This document shows, in pieces, positions 8,061-14,393 of a DNA stretch of 24,000 bases; positions within the stretch are counted from its first letter, which is position 1, and every line of letters starts with the position of its first letter. This DNA is from Mycobacteriales bacterium (GTDB taxonomy: Bacteria > Actinomycetota > Actinomycetes > Mycobacteriales > CAJCIY01), in the NCBI GenBank assembly GCA_035545535.1, contig DASZYF010000155.1, positions 1 to 24,000 on the forward strand, in the 5' to 3' direction. A model generated the notes under the pieces. The model saw only the letters and a list, made by a program, of their open reading frames with translations. It had not been told where the DNA came from and searched no databases. The position numbers and the translations under genes are program-made.

Positions 8061-9224
8061 GTGAAGGCCGTCGAGGTCTACCGCTCGGTGCCGCGGTACG
8101 TCGCGACCCGGGTGCTGACGCAGCGCACGCCCCTCGCGCAGGGACTGGCCCCCGTGCGCTACGTCGACCGGCGCGAGCCGTCGCTGCCCGGTGACGGCTG
8201 GGTGCGCGTGAAGCCGCTGCTCTCGGGCATCTGCGGCAGCGACCTCGCCACCGTGAGCGGCTCGTCGTCGTTCTACTTCTCACCGCTCGTCTCGATGCCG
8301 TTCACCCCGGGCCACGAGGTGCTCGGGGAGCTCGAGGACGGCACGCGGGTCGTGCTCGACCCGGTGCTCGGCTGCGCGGCCCGCGGCCTCGACCCGTGCG
8401 CGTCGTGCGCGGCGGGTGCGACGTCGCGCTGCGACCGGGTGACGCTCGGGCACGTCTCGCCCGGCCTGCAGACCGGTTTCTGCGCCGACACCGGCGGCGG
8501 GTGGTCCGGCGGTCTGGTCGCGCACACCTCGCAGCTGCACGTCGTTCCCGGCGACCTGCCCGACGAGCGGGCTGTGCTGGCCGAGCCGCTCGCGTGCGCG
8601 GTGCACGTCGCGCGGCGCAGCGGCATCGAGAAGGACCAGAGCGTGCTCGTCGTCGGAGCGGGCGCCGTCGGCCTGCTCACGCTGCTCACCGTGCGCGCGC
8701 TCACGCCGGCCGGCCGCATCACCGCTGTCGCGAAGCACCCGAAGCAGACCGCGCTCGCCCGCGAGCTCGGCGCCGACGAGGTCGTGGGGCCGTCGGCGGT
8801 CGTGCGGGGCATCCGGCGCAGCACCCGCGCGGTCGTCGTCAGCCCGGAGCGCGGTCGCGACTACCTGCTCGGCGGCGTCGACGTGTCCATCGAGTGCTCG
8901 GGCAGCTCCACCGGGCTCGACACCGCGGTGCGCACCACGCGCGCCGGTGGCCGCGTGGTCCTCGCGGGGCTGCCGACGAGCGGTGTCGACCTGACGCCGG
9001 TCTGGTACCGCGAGCTCGAGGTCGTCGGCGCCTACGCCACGCACGCCGGAGACTTCGCGACCGCGCTCGAGCTGCTCAGCGACGAGCGCCTCTCCGGCCT
9101 GACGACGTCGTTCCACCCCCTCACGCGCTGGCGTGAGGCGATCGACGAGGCGGCCTCCGCGGGCCGGCTCGGACTGGCGAAGGTCGGCTTCGACCTGCGT
9201 GACGGTGAAAGAGGTGCCGCGTGA
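8061..9224 (+). CDS. Zn-dependent medium-chain dehydrogenase/reductase (sorbitol/threonine dehydrogenase-like)
   Basis: GICGSDL and PFTPGHEVLGE (catalytic Zn ligands), a Cys cluster GCAARGLDPCASCAAGATSRCD (structural Zn) and VLVVGAGAVGLL (NAD(P) fold). GTG 8061 lies 4 nt after the upstream stop. Confidence 0.9.
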   Translation: MKAVEVYRSVPRYVATRVLTQRTPLAQGLAPVRYVDRREPSLPGDGWVRVKPLLSGICGSDLATVSGSSSFYFSPLVSMPFTPGHEVLGELEDGTRVVLDPVLGCAARGLDPCASCAAGATSRCDRVTLGHVSPGLQTGFCADTGGGWSGGLVAHTSQLHVVPGDLPDERAVLAEPLACAVHVARRSGIEKDQSVLVVGAGAVGLLTLLTVRALTPAGRITAVAKHPKQTALARELGADEVVGPSAVVRGIRRSTRAVVVSPERGRDYLLGGVDVSIECSGSSTGLDTAVRTTRAGGRVVLAGLPTSGVDLTPVWYRELEVVGAYATHAGDFATALELLSDERLSGLTTSFHPLTRWREAIDEAASAGRLGLAKVGFDLRDGERGAA

Positions 9225-10801
9225 CCCGACCAGGCTTCGTGCTGGAGGTGGACGAGCGCACGCCGCCGCTGCTCGTGCACTCCGGTGAGAGCTTCCGCCT
9301 CGAGCGCTTCCCGCTCGGGACCCGGGTCATCTACCCCGCCGAGTCGCTGCCCGCGCTGCCTGACGTGCCCGCCGCCATCGCCGACGCGCTCGACAACCCG
9401 CTCGGCGACTCCAAGCCGTTGCGCGAGCTGCTGTTCTCCGGCATGCGCCTCACCATCGCGTTCGACGACATCAGCCTGCCCCTGCCGCCGATGCGCACGC
9501 CGGACATCCGCCAGCAGGTCATCGAGCAGGTGCTCGAGCTGGCCGCACGCGCGGGTGTCGACGACGTGCAGCTCATCAGTGCGAACGCGCTGCACCGCCG
9601 GCTGACCGCCGGCGAGCTCAAGCGCATCGTGGGGGAGCGGGTCTTCCGCTCGTTCTACCCCGAGGCGCTCGTGAACTTCGACGCCGAGGACCGCGACAAC
9701 CTCACGCACCTCGGGGTCACGCCGCACGGCGAGGACGTCGAGATCAGCAAGCGCGCCGCGGAGAGCGACCTCCTCGTCTACGTCAACGTGAACCTCGTCG
9801 CGATGGACGGCGGCCACAAGTCCACATCGATCGGCCTCGCGTCCTACAACTCACTGCGACACCACCACAACCCGCACACGATGACGCACTCGCGGTCCTT
9901 CATGGACCCGCGGCACTCCGAGATGCACAAGTCCGCATGGCGCATGGGCAAGGTGCTGCAGAGCAACGTCAAGGTCTTCCAGATCGAGACCACGTTGAAC
10001 AACGCCGCGTTCCCGTCGCAGTACGGCTTCCTCACCAAGCGCGAGTGGGAGTGGTCGGTCAAGGACCAGGCCATGGCGGTCGGGATGTCCAAGAGCATCG
10101 ACCGGCTGCCGGCGCAGCTGCGCCGCAAGGTCTTCCGCGACATCGTGGCCGACTACGGCGTCACCAGCGTGCAGGCGGGCGAGATCGAACCCGTGCACGA
10201 GCGCACGTTGCAGCACGTGCATCGCCAGCAGCTCGTCGAGGTCGAGGGTCAGACCGACGTGGTGGTGTTCGGCTTGCCCTACATAGGCCCGTACAACGTC
10301 AACAGCGTCATGAACCCGATCCTCACGATGTGCCTCGGGCTCGGCTACTTCTTCAACATGTACCGGAACAAGCCGCTCGTCCGGAAGGACGGCGCGATCA
10401 TCCTGTTCCACCCCACGCCGTGGGAGTTCAGCCAGCTGCACCACCCGAGCTACGTCGACTTCTTCGAGGAGGTGCTCACCGCGACCACCGATCCGGCGGT
10501 CATGAGCGAGCGCTTCGAGAAGCAGTACGCCGAGGACGAGTGGTACCGCCACCTGTACCGGACGAGCCACGCGTACCACGGCGTGCACCCGTTCTACATG
10601 TGGTACTGGGGCGCGCACGCGCTCGACCACGTGCAAGACGTCATCTACGTCGGTGCGGACCGGAAGTCCGTGGAGCGCATGGGCTTCCGCACCGCGTCGT
10701 CGTTGCGGGACGCGCTCGCGATGGCGAGCGGCAGCGTCGGCAGCGACCCCTCGATCACGTACCTCCACTCGCCGCCGCACATCCTCGCGGACGTGCGATG
10801 A
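9221..10801 (+). CDS. LarA-like protein (DUF2088 / lactate-racemase N-terminal domain family), 526 aa
   Basis: NALHRRLTAGEL and VAMDGGHKSTSIGLASYNSLRHHH resemble the LarA blocks GTHR..T.EE and GFSGGRKS..PG.AS...I..NH, as I recall them. GTG 9221 overlaps the upstream TGA (GTGA), with GAAAGAGG 6 nt upstream. Confidence 0.8.
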   Translation: MTRPGFVLEVDERTPPLLVHSGESFRLERFPLGTRVIYPAESLPALPDVPAAIADALDNPLGDSKPLRELLFSGMRLTIAFDDISLPLPPMRTPDIRQQVIEQVLELAARAGVDDVQLISANALHRRLTAGELKRIVGERVFRSFYPEALVNFDAEDRDNLTHLGVTPHGEDVEISKRAAESDLLVYVNVNLVAMDGGHKSTSIGLASYNSLRHHHNPHTMTHSRSFMDPRHSEMHKSAWRMGKVLQSNVKVFQIETTLNNAAFPSQYGFLTKREWEWSVKDQAMAVGMSKSIDRLPAQLRRKVFRDIVADYGVTSVQAGEIEPVHERTLQHVHRQQLVEVEGQTDVVVFGLPYIGPYNVNSVMNPILTMCLGLGYFFNMYRNKPLVRKDGAIILFHPTPWEFSQLHHPSYVDFFEEVLTATTDPAVMSERFEKQYAEDEWYRHLYRTSHAYHGVHPFYMWYWGAHALDHVQDVIYVGADRKSVERMGFRTASSLRDALAMASGSVGSDPSITYLHSPPHILADVR

Positions 10802-10805
10802 GCGC

Positions 10806-10839
10806 GGCGTCATGAGGAGCACGGCGTCATGAAGAGCAC
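10806..10839 (+). repeat. Tandem 17-nt duplication spanning the start of the acyltransferase gene
   Basis: GGCGTCATGAGGAGCAC (10806-10822) and GGCGTCATGAAGAGCAC (10823-10839) differ at one base. Copy 1 supplies GAGGAG as the Shine-Dalgarno and an ATG (10812) that opens a 6-codon ORF (MRSTAS). That ORF ends in ATGA, overlapping the real ATG at 10829. Confidence 0.85.
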
Positions 10840-11728
10840 CGTCGCGCAGCTCGCGCGCGACTTCCGCTGGGGCCACCGCCCGGCGGTCCCGCGCGACGCG
10901 GTGCCGCACATCAAGGCGGCGAAGGCGACCGAGTTCCCCACCGCGTGGGCGCGCACGCCCGCGGCGCGGGCCTTCCGCACGGTCGCGCAGGACGTCGGGC
11001 TCGCCGCGCTCATCAAGGCCGAGGTGAAGCTCGTCGTCACCGGCCGCGACCGGCTGGCTGCGCTGGGCGAGCAGCCGTGCGTCATCGTCTGCAACCACAG
11101 CTCGCACCTGGACACGGCCGCGCTGATCTGCGCGCTGCCGCCGGAGTGGCGCCGGCGCACCGCGGTCGCGGCGGCGGCGGACTACTTCTTCGATGCGTGG
11201 TGGCGTGCGGTCGGCACCGCGCTGGTGTTCGGCACCGTGCCCATCGAGCGGCGCGGCGGCGTGCCGTCGCAGAAGCCGGGCGAGCTGCTGGACGACGGCT
11301 GGAACGTCGTGGTCTTCCCCGAGGGGACGCGTTCACCGGACGGCTGGATGCACGAGTGGAAGACCGGCGCCGCCCGGCTCGCCATCGACCACGGCGTGCC
11401 GGTGCTGCCGGTGGCGATCCGCGGTACGTTCGCCGCGATGCCGCGCGGGCGCTCGTGGCCCAAGCCGGGCCGCCCGCCCGTGCACATCCGGTTCGGCCGT
11501 CCGCTCGCACCGGGCCGCGACGAGGACCCGAAGGCGCTGCTCGGCCGGATGCGCGAGGAGCTGGCCCGGGTCGTCGACGAGGACACGTCCGGCTGGTACG
11601 CGTCGCTGCGCAAGCAGGCCGAGGGCCGGACGCCCGACCCCGCCGGCCCCGAAGCGTCCCGGTGGCGCCGCACCTGGGACGCCAGCGCGCCCCCGGTCAA
11701 GCTCGACCGAGGGCGCGTCTGGAAGTAG
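10829..11728 (+). CDS. PlsC/LPLAT-family acyltransferase (1-acyl-sn-glycerol-3-phosphate acyltransferase-like)
   Basis: VCNHSSHLD (HX4D catalytic motif), VVFPEGTRS (motif III) and VPVLPVAIRG (motif IV). ATG 10829 has GAGGAG 8 nt upstream. Confidence 0.9.
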   Translation: MKSTVAQLARDFRWGHRPAVPRDAVPHIKAAKATEFPTAWARTPAARAFRTVAQDVGLAALIKAEVKLVVTGRDRLAALGEQPCVIVCNHSSHLDTAALICALPPEWRRRTAVAAAADYFFDAWWRAVGTALVFGTVPIERRGGVPSQKPGELLDDGWNVVVFPEGTRSPDGWMHEWKTGAARLAIDHGVPVLPVAIRGTFAAMPRGRSWPKPGRPPVHIRFGRPLAPGRDEDPKALLGRMREELARVVDEDTSGWYASLRKQAEGRTPDPAGPEASRWRRTWDASAPPVKLDRGRVWK

Positions 11729-11762
11729 GTGCGGGGCCCCAGGGGGGGATGAGGCCCCGCAC
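11729..11762. terminator. GC-rich hairpin between convergent genes, a possible bidirectional terminator
   Basis: GTGCGGGGCC (11729-11738), a 14-nt loop, then GGCCCCGCAC (11753-11762): a perfect 10-bp stem starting 1 nt after the acyltransferase stop. No U-tract. Confidence 0.55.
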
Positions 11763-11808
11763 GTCTGGCTGTGGCTGGGGAGAGGGGATCACCTCAGCCA
11801 AGGAGAAG

Positions 11809-12303
11809 TCAGCTCAGGCCGAGGTAGCGCGAGCAGGCCGGCCACGGCTGCCAGCCGCGCTGCGCGTGCAGGCGGACGACGGCCTGGTCCTGCTTCCACG
11901 CCGGAGCGTCCGACGCGACGCCCGCGTAGCCGAGGCCGCGCCAGGTGCCGTAGTCGAACTGGTAGGCGCCGTAGAAGCCGTTGCCGGTGTTGGTGCGGTA
12001 GTTGCCACCCGACTCGCAGCCGCGCAGCGCGCGCATCGGCTTCACCATCGACGCCGGGACGACGAAGTGGTGGGCCTTGCGCGCGTGCCGGCGCTTGGCC
12101 TTGTGACGGGTCGCCGGCTTGGCGGCGGGCTTGGCAGCAGGCGCCGCCGCGGTGGTGCTCGCGGCGTTCGTCGTCGCTGCGGTGTGGGTTGCCCCGAACG
12201 CGTCGGCCGGCGAGACCGTCAGCGCTGCCGCTGACAGGGCCGCGGCCGCCGCGAGCGACGGGCGGATGCGGGCGCGCAGAGGCGCGCCGGTGTTCCGGTG
12301 CAC
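11809..12303 (-). CDS. Secreted Rpf-like (transglycosylase-like domain) muralytic protein, copy 2
   Basis: LRGCESGGNYRTNTGNGFYGAYQFDYGTWRGLGY...WPAC is paralogous to copy 1. It has a signal-like N-terminus (RPSLAAAAALSAAALTVSPADA) and an Ala/Lys/Arg-rich linker. Start set at GTG 12303-12301, with GGGAG 7 nt upstream. The 12304-12582 part of the tracked ORF runs through the riboswitch. Confidence 0.85.
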   Translation of the reverse strand: MHRNTGAPLRARIRPSLAAAAALSAAALTVSPADAFGATHTAATTNAASTTAAAPAAKPAAKPATRHKAKRRHARKAHHFVVPASMVKPMRALRGCESGGNYRTNTGNGFYGAYQFDYGTWRGLGYAGVASDAPAWKQDQAVVRLHAQRGWQPWPACSRYLGLS

Positions 12304-12312
12304 AGCAGATCT

Positions 12313-12479
12313 CCCGCACGCCTGCGAGGTGAGCTGTCGGGTTCGGGCTGGGATTCGCCCGGCCACATCTGTGGCTTCACCCCGAGGCTCGCAACCTTCG
12401 CGAGCCGGGAAGTGGTTCCCCCGCTCCCGCCCCCTGGGTCGTGATGGCTGGCGCCCTGGGACGGGACTCGGCGAGCGGG
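12313..12479 (-). promoter_or_regulatory. ydaO/yuaA-class (c-di-AMP) riboswitch aptamer in the 5' leader of Rpf-like gene 2
   Basis: The minus strand contains CGCCGAGUCC, GGGAGCGGGGGAACCAC, CUCGGGGUGAAGCC and CCGAACCCGACAGCUCACCUCGCAGGCG. The last 28 nt are identical to copy 1. The closing helix is CCCGCUCGCC (12479-12470) paired with GGCGUGCGGG (12322-12313), 10 bp with one U-U mismatch. Confidence 0.85.
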
Positions 12480-12515
12480 GCCAGCCGCACCGGCCACTTC
12501 GCCGGTACGGGAACG

Positions 12516-12546
12516 ACGCTAGCCCGCAGCAAGCACCCCCGGGCAA
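12516..12546 (-). promoter_or_regulatory. Putative promoter of the riboswitch / Rpf-like 2 transcript
   Basis: Minus strand: TTGCCC (12546-12541), 19 nt, then TAGCGT (12521-12516). This has the same geometry and the same TAGCGTC heptamer as copy 1. Unverified. Confidence 0.3.
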
Positions 12547-12574
12547 GCGGTGGAGATCAGGTTCACAGACGCCG

Positions 12575-12590
12575 TGTGACAACCGTCACA
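12575..12590. promoter_or_regulatory. CRP/GlxR-type operator, perfect TGTGA-N6-TCACA
   Basis: TGTGAcaaccgTCACA, extendable to GTGTGAC-N4-GTCACAC (12574-12591). It lies in the divergent region between the Rpf-like 2 leader and hemW. Confidence 0.55.
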
Positions 12591-12647
12591 CTCGGGTCGA
12601 AGAACGCGCCGGAAACGTGTCATCCACAGGTCGCGCAGACTCTGTGG

Positions 12648-13853
12648 ATGCCGTCCGCACTGCCTGCCGGCGACCCGGCGCCGGCCGACGGCCGCCTCCC
12701 GCCGAGCGCGCTCGAGAACGCGGCTGGGCGCGAGCTCGGCGTGTACGTGCACGTGCCGTTCTGCGCCACGCGCTGCGGCTACTGCGACTTCAACACCTAC
12801 ACCGCCGGCGAGCTCGGTGACTCGTCGCCGACGTCGTACGTCGACGCCGCGATCGCCGAGCTGCGCACCGCCGCGCGCACGCTCGCTGCTGCCCCGCGAG
12901 CAGCGTCGACGGTGTTCTTCGGAGGTGGCACGCCGACGTTGCTGCCGCCGCGTGAGCTCGCGCGTCTGCTCGACGCCGTGCGCGAACACATCGGCCTCGC
13001 GGCCGACGCGGAGGTGACCACCGAGGCGAACCCGGAGTCGGTGTCCCGCAGCACGTTCGACGAGCTGCGGGCAGCCGGCTTCACGCGCATCAGCCTCGGG
13101 ATGCAGAGCGCGGTGCCGCACGTGCTCGCGACGCTCGATCGCGCCCATGCACCGAACCGCGCGGTCGACGCAGCGCGCGAAGCGGTCGCCGCGGGCTTCG
13201 ACCACGTGAGCCTCGACCTCATCTACGGCACGCCCGGTGAGAGCGATGGCGATTGGCGCGCATCACTCGAGACCGCGCTGACGGCACCCATCGATCACCT
13301 GTCGGCGTACGCGCTCGTCGTCGAGGACGGCACCGCGCTGGCGCGCAAGGTCGCGCGCGGCGACGTGATGGCGGTCGACGACGACGTGCTCGCCGCTCGC
13401 TACGAGCAGGCGGAGGCGCTGCTGTCCGCCGCTGGGCTGCACTGGTACGAGGTGTCGAACTGGGCGCGCGACGTCACCGCGGAGTCGCGGCACAACCGCC
13501 TGTACTGGCAGGACGCGGACTGGTGGGGGATCGGGCCGGGAGCGCACAGCCACGTCGGCGGCGTGCGCTGGTGGAACGTGAAGCACCCCGCCGCCTACGT
13601 GGCGCGCCTGTCCGAAGGGGCCTCGCCCGCTGCGGCGCGTGAGCTGCTCGACGACGACGCGCGCCGTCTCGAGGCCGTGCTGCTCGGGATCCGGGTGCGC
13701 GAAGGTCTTCCGCTCGACGGCCTCGATCCCGACGCGGTGGCCGAGCTCGCCCGAGAAGGCCTGGTGGCCGGCGACTTCCGCGCCACGGGTCGGGTGGTGC
13801 TCACGCTGCGCGGTCGCCTCCTCGCCGACGCCGTGACGCGTGCGCTGACCTAG
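12648..13853 (+). CDS. hemW: Radical SAM heme chaperone HemW (HemN-like, oxygen-independent coproporphyrinogen-III-oxidase-like)
   Basis: YVHVPFCATRCGYCDFNTY has CxxxCxxC followed by x-F rather than the x-C of true HemN. It also has GGGTPT and a HemN_C-like tail. Start set at ATG 12648, because upstream in-frame codons have low GC3. Confidence 0.9.
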   Translation: MPSALPAGDPAPADGRLPPSALENAAGRELGVYVHVPFCATRCGYCDFNTYTAGELGDSSPTSYVDAAIAELRTAARTLAAAPRAASTVFFGGGTPTLLPPRELARLLDAVREHIGLAADAEVTTEANPESVSRSTFDELRAAGFTRISLGMQSAVPHVLATLDRAHAPNRAVDAAREAVAAGFDHVSLDLIYGTPGESDGDWRASLETALTAPIDHLSAYALVVEDGTALARKVARGDVMAVDDDVLAARYEQAEALLSAAGLHWYEVSNWARDVTAESRHNRLYWQDADWWGIGPGAHSHVGGVRWWNVKHPAAYVARLSEGASPAAARELLDDDARRLEAVLLGIRVREGLPLDGLDPDAVAELAREGLVAGDFRATGRVVLTLRGRLLADAVTRALT

Positions 13854-14392
13854 TTCAGCCGGGGGTCCGCGAGCCAGGTCGCGGCGTAGGACATCGGTGG
13901 GCCCTCACGGCGCAGCACGGTCGACCACAGCAGCTCCGGCGTCGCGGTGAACAGGTCGCCCGGGCGCGGGCGGGCGGTCCACCACGCGCCCTCGGCGATC
14001 TCTCCTTCGAGCTGGCCCGGGCCCCATCCGGAGTAGCCGCGGAAGATGCGCACCGGCTCCGGGAGGTCGGGCGGATCCTCGGAGTCGACGACGGTCCATG
14101 CGCACAGCCCGTCGCCCCGGGCGGGCGACAGGGCCATCGTCACCTCGTCCTGCACCGGCCCGCCTCCGAACACGCGCGCCGGCTCGGCGACCGACAGCGC
14201 GAGGCGCGGGACCTCGTCGGCGACCGGGACGTCAGTCGGCCGGTTGAGCACGACACCGATCGCGCCGTGGTCGTCGTGATCCACGAGCAGCACGACGGTG
14301 CGCAGGAAGTTCGGGTCGCCGAGCATCGGTGTCGCCACCAGCAGCTGACCGGTCAGCGTGAGGATGCCGTAGATGTCCCGCGGTTCGGACAT
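13850..14392 (-). CDS. yqgE: YqgE/AlgH family protein (UPF0301)
   Basis: LTGQLLVATPMLGDPNFLRTVVLLVDHDDHGAIGVVLNRP and FRGYSGWGPGQLEGEI are hallmark blocks of this family. Start set at ATG 14392 (MSEPRD...), 1 nt after the ggt stop. Confidence 0.85.
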   Translation of the reverse strand: MSEPRDIYGILTLTGQLLVATPMLGDPNFLRTVVLLVDHDDHGAIGVVLNRPTDVPVADEVPRLALSVAEPARVFGGGPVQDEVTMALSPARGDGLCAWTVVDSEDPPDLPEPVRIFRGYSGWGPGQLEGEIAEGAWWTARPRPGDLFTATPELLWSTVLRREGPPMSYAATWLADPRLN

Positions 14393-14393
14393 G

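Noticed and set aside
5747-8064. ORFs 5747-7921 (-) and 6280-8064 (+) overlapping the reductase-HAD gene, and the similar 8280-9116 (-), 8396-9136 (+), 9851-11107 (-) and 10945-12234 (+)
   Set aside because: These are shadow ORFs of confidently assigned genes. Their composition is dominated by R, A, G, P and D, and no motifs are recognisable.
3594-12546. The two riboswitch + rpf-like modules as boundaries of a mobile element or composite transposon
   Set aside because: I found no transposase, integrase, recombinase, tRNA target or terminal inverted repeats. The repeated units are diverged paralogous genes with their own regulatory leaders, not IS-like ends.
12304-12582. 5' extension of Rpf-like gene 2 (257-aa ORF)
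   Set aside because: The extension translates the riboswitch aptamer and promoter region. An SD + GTG at 12303 reproduces the geometry of copy 1, and a signal peptide follows directly.
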